NCBI GenBank assembly: GCA_000708835.1
Contig: DF237403.1
Coordinates: forward strand, 1 to 64,000
DNA length: 64,000 bases
DNA from: Klebsormidium nitens
Lineage: Eukaryota > Plantae > Klebsormidiophyceae
Direction: 5' to 3'
In this document: in pieces, positions 36,899-48,570 of the stretch
Layout of the letters: each line of letters begins with the position of its first letter
How positions within the stretch are numbered: the first letter of the stretch is position 1
Position numbers and translations under genes: made by a program
Notes under the pieces: generated by a model
What the model was told of the DNA's origin: nothing
Seen by the model: the letters and a program-made list of their open reading frames with translations, nothing else
Databases searched by the model: none

Positions 36899-38625
36899 TT
36901 AAGGTATTCTGGTTGCCGGTTTTGATGTTTGCTCGTCTACTTTATTGATAGCCTCTAAGACGACCTCTAAGGGGGCTTTTGCAAAGAGTGTTGCCGGATA
37001 CACGGAGCTGCCCCATTTCGGATGCAAAATAACTTTACAGCAACCGGCGTTCTGACATGTATAATGTAGTAGAGTGGAAAGAGCATCCACTTCACTGTAC
37101 ACGGTGTTTGTGTCCTTGTGGATCATCTGCAAACCGAAAACAAGATTCGATTGAATTTTTCTGGTACCTACATCAAGATGTCAGGTGCAGACAGGAAGCA
37201 CAAGTACGGACGACTAACCCTCTCGAGATGCACCAACCATTTAGCGCAGTGGGATTAGGTACAAAAGAGGGGTGCTTTGAGATGCAATGAACAAACGAAA
37301 AGCTTGTCGAACTGACATGTAACGTCATATCGGTTTGTTCTTCGACAAAATAACTCACTGGTAATCCAGATGCTGGATCTAGGTAGTCCGCCCAATGCCC
37401 TTGACTAATCAGCAACTCGCAGACTTGCTTGGCGAAGTCAACAAACTGAAGAGGCCCCAAAGAAAAGGTTAGTGAAGCGAGCTCGTCGGAGGCCGTTGCA
37501 GTTACTCAAGAAGGACGAGCCAGGAAACTGAAGTTTGTGTTCTTTTTGTGCTTTGATTTCTGGGTCGGGGTCGGGTGGGGATTCGCTTGTGGGTTTTGCG
37601 ATGCAATTTGCGAGTTGAGATAGGGGGCCTGACATTGAGCAAAGCTGACAGGCAAAATTGCTTAAATGCACCAAAATGATACTTCAAAAAGAGAGGATTC
37701 AAAGGACGTGCTCACAATCTCGAGGAGCCGGTCTTTCTCTTCCTCGATGACCTCCCCTGTCCTGACAAGATCCACCTCTGAGTTTTGACACGTGGGGATG
37801 ATCAGGAGGTCCATTACTCGCACCCCAGGGAAGATCGCTTCCAGATCGCTCTTGTACTGCCGGGGGCAGGCTGCGAAAGCAGCAAACAGGTCTCTTAGTA
37901 TGTTTCCACAGAAGCGACATATACGGGGGTGGGGGGCGGGCTGTAGAACTGGCAGACAGGTTTCTCATTCTGTTGCAGTATAGACAACTTGCAGGGAAGG
38001 AGGGAAGAGTACGGTTACGCAAATTTGCAAAACGTATGCAGTCAAACTAGTGTAGACCACTCCTGACAACAAAGCATCTGCCACTATCTGTGTGATTGTT
38101 GGAGAATGGATCCCAGCTTTTGCAACAGCGCCCCCAGTCAACTCTGTCAATCTTACACAATGAAACCCCCAGTTCTATGGCTGTCACTGGTCACAGGTAT
38201 ATGTTGCTTACGCCAACTTTTTACACAGACAATCACCGTCAGAGACAACATCTATGCTTAGACTAGACGACCGACTGATGCTGGTCTCTGCATCTGCACT
38301 GAAGGCCTTATAACAACAAAGAGGGGCACTGGACTGGACCAATGCCTGGCGCCACGTTCTAGTCAGCAAAACTTATGAACCACCTTCATAAGCGTTGGTG
38401 GCATCAGCCACTCTCAAATCAGGAGTGATCACTAGGACTTTGATCTGGCTCCACGACCACTTCAAGAGGTGGAGAAACCTCTGCAAGTAAAACAGTGCGT
38501 CACAGGAATCAAACGGGATTAGAAGGTGCAGTCAACAGTGGAGACTCACTGTGAACCGAATACTCCATCCCTTTGGAGGTTGTCATCACTGGCGTTAAAG
38601 CATAGCGCCCAACTTCCGCGACCAT
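36899..38625 (-). CDS. MMADHC: MMADHC/CblD-like cobalamin-trafficking protein, at least 4 exons, 5' end uncertain
   Basis: Exons 38625(or further upstream)-38550, 37870-37716, 37445-37359, 37126-36899. Motifs MEYSVHTCPRQY, IPTCQ, EEEKDRLLE, GHWADYLDPASGLP, AGCCKVILHPKWGSSVYPATLFAKAP. Confidence 0.85.
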
Positions 38626-39828
38626 GGTCCCAGATGGTAGCAGATCTTGCTGCAGCCCCTTCAAGGCAGGTGACCAGTAGAAAAGGCTCAAGAGCCGTTC
38701 ACAGGCAAGCCAAGAATGCTGGCACTAACCAACTCATTGACATCAAGATAGAGTCGCCATGGCTCGACGCATCAGCGCTCCGCTTCCTGACATCACCTGT
38801 GGTAGCAAAATCTACGGACATTCATGATTTGGGAAGCTGTACCAAGTGCAGCTCTTTCTTTCTCTGGGCGTTTGAAAATGGTGTACGGCGTCACTTCCGT
38901 TTCGGACAATGTAACTCCGATTTGTTCAATATTGCGGACGCTTCCTGCATACAGCACATTCCAGCTGGCGCCTAGAGGAAGTCCAATGAAGGAAGTCTGG
39001 CATTTGTAAATTGTTAGAAAAAATTATACAGAGAGAGCCGGCGGCCTGTAAAATCTGAGATTAAAAATTATTTTTGGATGTGGATCGTCCGATCTCAGTG
39101 ACGTCAGCTTGCAGGAGCGCTCCTTCGTAGATTCGCCTGTCCTTGCCGATTTATTGAAAACGTTGAATTTGAAAGCCTGGGTACTGTTGAACCAGTTGGA
39201 TTTGTGACTGTACATGAGAAACTCTGAACCGCAAGGCTTGGACACGGCGCGTGAATATACGTATGTATTTTTGTGTACCCATCTGGTCCATCAATCAGTC
39301 GCCAGAATACTAGGGCAAAATGGGCAGATCTGGGACAAAACTTCGATTAAGAATTGCCCCACTTTTACGGTGCTAATGATTGGCACCCTGTACACCCAGC
39401 CCTCGTGTACAAACCGTACCTTGTACATCCCTGAGAGCAGACTTCAGGTTGTGGATGAAACCTCTACCGGAATTCTCGCACGCCTAACGCACGACCAAGG
39501 TTTCACGATTTTTTCACGTTCCCTAGTTTGTTTCAGCTAGTTTGTTATGATAGAGGTAGCATATGGTGGATGACATTAATTTTTGAAGAAAGACGTTCTT
39601 AGTGCAAAAGGGAGGAAGGACACTCGATTGACGGGATTGACGTGAACGTTTAGCAGAGGTGCATTAATAAGGTGCAATCGAGGAGGGACTCTTTGTTTTC
39701 GCGGAAGTAACACGTCTTCTTAGCCCCAACATCTCTCTAGAAGCTGCTCGTGTTGGCACAGGTTTGAGATCAAAGGGGACTTGGAGGGTGTTCTTCAGCA
39801 GAAGCTGTGTTCCTCTAGTTGCTCCACT

Positions 39829-41344
39829 ATGGCGGGTCCGCTTCACGATCTGAAAGCAGTGATTGGTACATTCTCCACAGAGTATGGCAAAACTCCGTTG
39901 CGGCTCAAGGTGAGTGGCCTCTAATCTTCCAATGGAGGTGGGCCAAATGGTGCCACTAGTCGGTGTTCAATTAGGGGATCACGCTGGATGGAAATATCAT
40001 TGCTGCTCCTTGAGTTAGCCCTGGAAGTTTCAAGGCAAACCTCTTGAGCCCCAACTTTCCAATGCTCTTGTCGTTGACGTCACAGCATCAAGAGCTCAGC
40101 CGGCAGAGAAAGAAGCACTACTTTTATCTGCTGCGGTTGCACTAAAGAATACTTCTTCATGTCTTTGGGTCTAGAAGTTCTACTAGAAGACTGCTCCTCA
40201 AGCACGACCACTGCCGTGTGATGGTCGCCACCATTTCAAGGATTAGCTGCTTTTTGACCAGTCGGATTAATTTGTCACTTGGTCGCTACATTGATGTTCT
40301 CCATCAACCGAGGGGAGTTCTACCACCTTGGGATCGAAACTTGCTCACACGCCTTTTCCAGTCACCTGTTAACTTGCCAAGATCTCATCTAGCTCAATCA
40401 CAAAATGTTAGTCGTATAGATGGCACTTCCAACCCAGCACTATCATGCCTGGCCCTTTGTGTTGCGTCATGAAGCTCTGGCCGTGAATAACTCTGCATCA
40501 TTAATCTTGGATGGATTGAGCGACTCATGGCTGAGGCCTTGGAAAGCACTTGCTTGTACTGATGAGACGCTTTGGTTTTGCAGCTCATTGACCTTTATAT
40601 CTTGTATGCCCTGTCGACAGCCCTTATTCAGGTGAGAGTAAAGTACAAGAGAATTCGCTCCAGGTGGATGATCCCCACTGTCTCACGTCGCATTGTGTTG
40701 AAGTTTTTGCACATTCAGACTACTGCGATTTCTTCTAGCGTCAGAATGTCCCGTAGTTTAAACCGAATGCAACTATTGAATCTGTGCAGGGAGTAAGCAT
40801 TCTGAGTTGCTTTTGTAATAGTGAGCGAGTCCATGGACCGATTGATGGTGTAGGTTACATTCTGAAGACAGGTGGCATGTCTTTGCAGTTTGTCTACCTT
40901 GGTCTCGTGGGCTCTTTCCCCTTCAACTCCTTCCTGGCCGGGTTCCTGTCCAGCATCGGGACTGCAGTTTTGGCAGGTAGGTTTTTCCAACGGCTTGCCT
41001 GGAAATCTTCCCAAAGAAAGAAAGGCAGATTCGACAAGACTGGCTTTTAAGATATCGTGACGCGTTTTCTACAATCTGGCTGCCTCCGAAATTGTATTCG
41101 CGGTATGCGCTTTTCTTCAGCTTGACATTGCTTGTTTGACCACGTATTTAACTCCGTTCTGATGGACCTCTCGATGCGCATTGAGGATACACAAGCTGGT
41201 CAAACCTGTTTTGCAGTTTGCTTGAGGATGCAAGTCAACAAGGACAACAAGGAGTTCAAGGATGTGCCCCCGGAAAGAGCTTTTGCAGATTGGGTTGTGG
41301 CGAACATCGTCCTACATCTTGTCGTTGTGAACTACATAGGGTAG
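39829..41344 (+). CDS. DAD1: Oligosaccharyltransferase subunit DAD1/OST2, 114 aa, 4 exons
   Basis: Exons 39829-39909, 40584-40631, 40889-40976, 41217-41344. Translation includes [59 protein letters not shown] and [10 protein letters not shown]. Confidence 0.97.
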
Positions 41345-42344
41345 ACTTAACCCCACTTTTAAATGAAACGGCTGCGCTCCCGGATAACAAGGAGTCACCG
41401 TCAAGTTCCGCCTAGTCAGAGCTCGATTGGTCGAGCTTGTTGCTTTCAAGGATCTGTGATGGATCTCGAATGCATCAAATTCCTTCTGGAATTGACAGAA
41501 TACATCGTCTGCCTTGAGTTTGTCCAAGGCCATCAGCGCCTTGAATAGTAGCGGGAGTTCTCAGTGATTTAACTCCTGGTTGACATGATCATCCAACCTT
41601 CAATCGATAGACGTCTCGTTTCAAGAACACTTACGAGTGCGCCTGCTATATGCTCGGACTGCCTGCATGTTGTATATAGACACTAAAGGCCCGAAGGGCC
41701 CGACCATGTGCGAGTCTCTTTTCAATACGCCGTTATTAGTCACAGTGTCCATGGGTTGATGATGGAGCGTTTACTAACATCCTTGTCAAACGGGCACAGG
41801 ATTTGTACACACCGGTCTACGTGCATCTTCGGGACGACGGGTCGAGCGAGCACTGAACCTCCATGAGGCAAAAAGGGCACCTTTTCAAACTTGCTTTGGT
41901 GCAATTCAGCCATCAATGACATTGAAGTATACTGCTCTCAACTTCTGTTCTCGTTGAAGCATGGAGCGGCCCTGGCAATCTGATGCAATCTGGCATGGCG
42001 ACCATTCAACCATTGAGGGTTAAACGCGGAAATTCTTGCATAATCGTGGCCACCCTTCATGCATGTGCAGTACTGAAGAGCATGACATCCCTGTGCCTCT
42101 CCAATCCCATGGTGACTCGACCGGAAGACTGCCACAGCTGGCAAGCGCTCGCGGTTATAGAAAATGTGAAAGCGCGGCCGCGGTGAGCCCGCCGCGCGCA
42201 GGCTCAGCTGTAGTTGACGGCGGCCGCCCGGGCCTATAATTTTCGAAGTAGCAGAAAGATGTAGGCATGGGCCGTGATGGCGGTGCCAGCAAGACTGTAC
42301 AAAGTAGAGGTTTGCTAAACGCCCGTGCCTGAGGAGAAGAAAGC

Positions 42345-45300
42345 ATGGCGTCTGCTTCCACAGCGGCGGCGGCAGGTGCTCGTTGCACGTGCTTTGAGCC
42401 GCCGCTGTCTCAACGACATCAGCAAAAGTTCGCGGCCAGCTCGCAGCCTTTCTTATATGCAGACAAGAGTCAATTGAGGAGCATTACTAGACAATTGCAT
42501 CAAAATGTCGCAGGCAATACTCCCCTTTCCTCCATTCTCTGGCGGGGCGGTCGGGGCCCGAAACGAAGGCCCCGAATGCATGGGAATCCTCGGACACCGG
42601 TTCAAGTCAGCGCTTCCCGCTCAGGGCGTACTAGCACCACTCAAGAAGAAAGCGATGATGAGGAGAAGCCTCCGCTATGGGGCATTGTGCTCAAGGGCTT
42701 CTTGGGGACGCAGAACAAGGTGGGGGAGAAGGTCATGGCGTCGCTGCTCAAAACGACGCAGGCGCCCATCGGGATCTACGTTTCGGAACCGGTCACGGCT
42801 CTGCACCGGTTGGATCCAAGGGTGAAGCAGGTGAGGCTGGGGGCCGTTTTGCAACTCAAAAATCTTTCGTGTGGCGCTGTGAAAAGTACATTGATTGGCA
42901 GGTGCACAAACTCATGGAAGCGAACGGGTTTCCCCCTTAAAAAAGGCGCCAAGGTCATCAGATAACACATAAGGGTGGTGGTGCACCCATTGACAGCCTC
43001 TTTCAGTCCTTTGACTCTCTTTCGAGGGAAAACTGACATGGTTCTTACGGATCTTTAGTACTAGAAAAGGAATAAACATACCGCCGGACAGTTTTTGGAA
43101 TCAACAGGATCAATCGGGGACAGTGGTTGAGCGCCGGCCGGCTTAGTTATATCCGATTGGTTCAAAGCTCTGCTCTAGGCCCATGCAGTGCGTGCTGGTT
43201 GCTTCTCGTCCACCCGTTGCGGAAGAAGCTAGAGCTTCATGTAAGAGCTATCCAGTGGGTCTATTCCTGACAAAGTTGACACAAGCTGATATGATCAGCT
43301 CTTGCACCCTTGGAAGGGGGCATGCGTTGATATGGGGCGCGTTGCGACCTTTGAATGAGTCCAAGGTCCCGTGCATGAAACTCTTTGCTGGTAAACATGG
43401 AAGCTTTCTCTGCAAAGTTTGGAATCGAGCACCACCGTAATCTTGTCAAAGGCTTTGCACAGAATGGGATTGGCGCACCAATCAACCAAAACAAGCGCTG
43501 GCCAAATTAGTGGCAATTGTGGCAAGTGCCCACTTTCTTTCCTACCTACTTAGCGGACAATTTCCATTATCCATAAGTCCTTGACATGGCTTCTTATCTG
43601 CGCACGTGCCTGTGTCTCATACTTCTTCTTAATTGACCCTCTCTTGTACACTTTTGCCCTCTTTCAAATGTAACATCCACCACAATTCACCTTAAGCCCC
43701 CGTATGGCTGTTCGCTCTGGTAAGCTGAACCAAGTTTCGGCCCACTTAAACCAGTCCTCCTGAAACCTTCTTAACGTCCTCAACCCCGCTGACCCCTCTT
43801 TAGTCCGGCTAAATCTTTTCAACCGTAATCCTGCTCACCCCTTTTCTAAATCCTACGCACCCCTCCTCCATCCTGCTCACCACGTCTTAACCCTTCTCAC
43901 CCCACCTTAACCCCCTGCAGGTGTGGCTCTTCGTCCTGATGCTTTGACTTTAGGTCCCCCCATTTGACCTTTACTTCTAGACCCTCCCTAACCTCCTTAA
44001 CTCCCCTCAAAACCTGCAGGTGTCGCTATTTGCCCTGGTGATGCAATCTACGGTTCCCCCATCCCGACCGATCCTCCTCACCTCCTCATATGTGCTGACC
44101 CCTCCTTTAACCCCCTGCAGGTGTGGCTGTTCGCCCTGATGTTCCTAACCAAGGAATTCCCATTGTGACCCCAACAAATCCCCTAAACTCCGTAAGTCTC
44201 CTTAACCTCGGCAGGTGTGGCTGATCACACTGCTGTTCTCAACTAAGGTCTTACCTTGTTCTGACCCCTGACCTCCCCCTAACCGCCTCCAATCTCCTTA
44301 ACCCTGCAGGTGTGGCTGTTCGCCCTGATCTTCCCAAACCTAAGCTTTACCCATTCTGACCCCTGCCTAACCTCTCCCTAACCTCCGTAGATTCCTTAAC
44401 ATCGGCAGGTGTGGCTGATCACCCTTCTGTTCTCAAACTAAGGTCTTGCCCTTTTCTGACCCATAACCTCTCCCGAATCTCCTTAACCCTCCTTAACAGG
44501 TGTGGCTATTCGCGCTCATGCTCCTCCCCGCCCGCTCCACCCTCGCTGTCCGCATCGGCCTCGTCTCCGGCGTGCTCCTCCTCTCCATGCTCTGCCTTCC
44601 CCGCCGCCTCTGGAAAGCACAGCTCGGCCCCCTAGTCTTCCTCTGTTCATTTGTCTTCGTAATGACGGCGTTTACCGCGGACGGGGTGGCGTTGCTAGCT
44701 CAGCCCAAGTCTCTGCCACCCCCCCAGATCGGGCTGCCGGAGATTCCCCCCGCGACGGGGGGGTACCGTTATGTGCTGTTCAGCTGGTGGGTGTTCCGGG
44801 TGACGAGGAAGGGGCTGCTACTTGCGAGTAGTACGGCGAGTTTGGCTTTCATGGTGAGCGGAACTGTTCGTTTTCGCAGCCATTTCATCGGTTCATTCTT
44901 CCGCTGTTGCGGAATGGTTCGCTGCTTTTCCATGGAATGCCCTTTCGAGAAAGGGGCTGCTGCTGGCGAGTAGTACGGCGAGTTTGGCTTTCATGGTGAG
45001 CGGAGTTCTTTCTTCCAGCAACTTTATCGGTTCATTCTTCTGCTCTTGCGAAATGGTTTGTTGCTTTTCCTGGAAGGCCGTTTTGTGAAAGGGGCTGCTG
45101 CTGGCGAATAGTACGGCCAGCCTCGCGTCTATGGTGAGAGTCAACTCGAGAAAGAAGCTACGATGTTGTTCAGGTGACTGCATTGGGACAGGTAAGGGTG
45201 GTTGAGAGATTGGGTCGGCAGGGTTCGAAGTCTGTACTTCTTTGGCTTGTATTGTACTTCGTGTTCATCGACAAGCTTAGTAAAATCTCTCTTGAGTTTC

Positions 45301-48300
45301 ATTTTGAGGAGGGGCTGGTCCTTTTTACGCTTCATCTGGGCTCTCGGTTAGTCTTGCTGGAACGGTTTGTTGTATTCCTATCACATGCCGTTAGCTGGTG
45401 TTACTGGGAAAGAAGAAAAGGAGAACGAGAGTTAATCAGCATTATGTCAGCACTATGGACGTTTCAGCTAGATGTAAGCATGGCGCGCTTAGAAGGTGGC
45501 AACAACCACCTCTCACAAAAGTAATTGAATTGTCGCCGCCAAGTTCCGGAGTCAACAGTATGTGCTTGACAGGGCGAGACTCGTTGTAAGATGCCGAGAC
45601 CGAATTATTGATGTGTGCACTCGTCAATCAACTGACATGGGACTCTGACCCACCTTGCACTGTGCCCTCACAAAAGTCTCACGTTGTGTTGCTGTCGAGA
45701 CCAAGGTTCGAGGCAAGTCAATCAAAAATTTCGGGCCTGTTTTGCATGTGCCCTTACAAATCAGGAGAGAGGCATCATTCGTCAGCCTCCTTTCGAGAGC
45801 AGCACGTTGGCTGCGCCTTCGGGTTTGGATGTTCGGATTGTCAAAAAGCCGAGCTTCTCTACGGAGAGCCCATTACCCTTTCCACTCTCGAGTTGCAGAT
45901 TGGAGTGGAGGGTCGCCCCTTCGGACTGCTGCCTTGTAAGTAAGTGGGCGCTGTCCTCGGCTACAGCAGAATTGGAGGAAAATCGTCTTCTCCCTCTACA
46001 AACACCCAAGACCACGTCTTTTGGAATGTGTTAAAGACCATAACCTTGCACCTGAAAGTAGTGAACCCAAGCGATAGATTAAGCTGCCGCTCTATCGATG
46101 CTCTACAGGTGATGCAGAGCGCCAACCTGTGCCTCACGACCACCACCCCCGAGGAGCTTGTCGCGTCGCTGCGCTGGTTCCTGCAGCCGCTGCGCCTGCT
46201 GCGCGTCAACGTCGCAGAGATCGCGCTCACGCTGCTGCTCTCGCTGCGCTTCACGGGGCTCGTCTTCGATGAGGTAATTTTCTGCATGGTGATGTTTGAG
46301 TGCTGAAATTGGCTGTTGACAGCTTTAAGTTCACGTTGACACTGAGGGATTTTAAAGATGCTGGCGTGCTTACGCTGCTGCTCTCGCTGCGCTTCACGGG
46401 GCTCGTCTTCGATGAGGTGAGGCCGTGATCCGGGTTGAAATCAAGGAAGATAATGATCAGCCGGTTAACAAGGTAAAAGCACTAAGGCGGGTAGGACTAG
46501 TTTGGTAGTTGGGGTGGGTATGGGTACGGAGCAGGTAAGTTTTTTGTGTTAGGGGTTTTTGTGTTTGTTGGAGCTTATTATCTTGGCTTGTTACTATCTT
46601 TCTGGAGTTTCATGTGATTGGACTGGACGAGTGAACGGCCAAGCAATTGCTTTTGATGAATTTGACGGTTTGGCTAAGGTGAGGAGGCACTTTTTGGTTG
46701 TCGAACCGGTGGATTTTGACAATCAAAGGCTCAAGATTGTGCTTGAGCCTCAAAAGGTGAGCATCTGAGAACGATGTTGCGTTTCGCTGATCTACTTGCT
46801 GCAATTGACGGGACTGGTTGTCGATGAGGCGGCATAAATTTTGTGCGCCCTATTTCGGACGATTTTTTGAATCCGGAATGGCACACCCCAAACTTGGTTA
46901 ACCCAGTCTGCGGCTACTCGTGCGCGTCGGTTTTCGATGTCGCGGTAAAAGCACCATCAGGAAACGAGCCGCGTGCGACATGTGTTACACAAGCGCGTGT
47001 GCGGCCAGAGATTCGTTCACATAGTTCAATGGGCAATTTCGGGTTTGCCGTCCAGACTTGTAACTTCCGACATAGGGCGCACCAGTCTTAGCGCATCTGG
47101 AGTGTCCAATTCAGAACGTAGGAAATCGAACGGCCTTTGCCGCTGCTTCTGCTGTGTCAAGGGGGCTCGGCTATGACGCACCTCGAATTGGAACGTCGAA
47201 ATTTGCTTTTTACCTTCCAACGGTTGAAATTCCTTTCCCTTGCGGGGCTCTTTTGTCATGACTTGAAATTAGAACCTGAGCCGTCTGAGAAGTGGGCTTG
47301 GACGATCGAACGGCTCAAGCTCGTTTTTATGGGGCGGTAATCGAGGCCCTTTTTGCCCCTCGATGCGGCCCCGCTTGTGGACCTTGTGTGCAGAAAGATC
47401 ACAAGCTTCCAAGGGGGAACCTACATTCAAGATTGGGCCATCAACGGTGCACCTTTCGTACAACTCTTAGACCAAGCGGTTCCCCACGTCTGATGAAACC
47501 CACGTGCTCCATCGACGGTGCAGGTCCGCAACCTGGCGCTCGGCGTCGTGGCTCGGGGGGTGGACTGGAAGAAGCTCGGCTTTGTCGGCACAACGGACAG
47601 TGAGTCGCCGGAAACCGGAAGCAGACTAACAGAACGGAAGTGTGATGCTCGCATAGTCATCGCTTGTACCGTGTCGTCGAACCACCAACATGCGTGCCTC
47701 TTTCATTTAAGGAAATGCTAAGCAGACCTTGCCTGTTTCGAAGGGCTCTACTTCTGGAAGCAAACGTCACTTGGTGCAGCGGCTGTGGCCTTTCTCCGAT
47801 ATCAAAAGAGACTGTCCGGCAGTAGCAGCGTCCGTCAACAGTATCGAACTTTCCATTTCTCGCCGTGACTGTTGGCGAAGACTTCAAAATGAACGCCGGA
47901 AGGGACTTTAATTATCACGCGGGATCGATCAAAGCCCAGAAAGCGCATAGAGCGGCCCGTTCCGCTGGTTATTCCTATCATTCTCGCCGTCAATCGCGCG
48001 AACTGTGCTCTCCGCAGTGATGGCCGGGCTAGCGGGGCGGCTCTTTCAGAACCTTTTTGCGCAGGCGGATCAGATTGCACAGGTGGGTGTCGGATTCCGC
48101 CTCTGTCGCTTGCCGTGTGATGCTTTCCCCTCGTTACCCCACTTTACTGGCGACATTCGGGACGCCGGTTCGTCGAGTTGCTTGCTTGAACGGAGGGGAC
48201 ATGCTGCTGGATTGCTCTAGTACCAACCATGCGGTGCGCATTGCCTTCTTGTTCCAATCGAGCACCTTTGACTGCTTTCAATTGTCATTCTTCGAAATAT

Positions 48301-48570
48301 TCGACTTTGTCTCGATGCCGAGAGCACCTCGTCTGCTGCATGTATCAGATACTTTTCATCCATGAATTTGACTGTCTCTCTGAGAAAGCCAAAACTTTTG
48401 ATGTGCAGGCTATGGTGGCCCGTGGCTTCCGGGGGCGGCCCGAGGACCACCAGATCTATTTGATGACGCGGCTGCGGCTAGGGCTGCTCGATATCTTCGC
48501 GATGTTTCTCCTATGCTTCGTGCTGTTCATAACGTGGAAGCAGAGACGCCCGCTCGTAATTCGACTCTAG
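42345..48570 (+). CDS. ecfT: ECF transporter transmembrane T component (CbiQ/EcfT; plant ABCI12-like) with plastid-type presequence, about 435 aa, 6 exons
   Basis: Exons 42345-42830, 44500-44853, 46109-46273, 47524-47599, 48018-48082, 48409-48570. Motifs LHRLDPRVKQVWL, LCLTTTTPEEL, LLLSLRF, VRNLALGVVARG, AQAMVARGF. Confidence 0.93.
43690..44530 (+). repeat. Tandem array (~95-100 bp unit) of the EcfT exon 2 acceptor cassette: 7 clear and 2 degenerate units
   Basis: CAG|GTGT(G/C)GCT with the AG ending at 43920, 44019, 44120, 44214, 44309, 44408 and 44499 (used). Degenerate units lie near 43702 and 43803. Confidence 0.95.
44810..45140 (+). repeat. Three ~140-bp units spanning the EcfT exon 2 donor
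   Basis: AAGGGGCTGCT.CT.GCGA.TAGTACGGC...ATG|GTGAG with GT at 44854 (used), 44996 and 45134. Confidence 0.92.

Noticed and set aside
41755-41860. Possible C/D-box snoRNA (TGATGA...CTGA) between DAD1 and EcfT
   Set aside because: The C box lacks the leading purine, the terminal stem is imperfect, and only about 9 nt of possible rRNA complementarity (from memory) is present and not adjacent to the D box.
43900-44500. CRISPR-like repeat/spacer appearance of the EcfT intron array
   Set aside because: The 'spacers' are homologous to each other, the repeat is the host exon boundary, the context is a eukaryotic intron and there are no cas genes.
36899-48570. Cobalt/B12 functional cluster (MMADHC next to CbiQ-family EcfT)
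   Set aside because: DAD1 lies between them, the EcfT looks like the general plant ABCI12-type plastid component, and there is no evidence of co-regulation. Proximity is probably chance.
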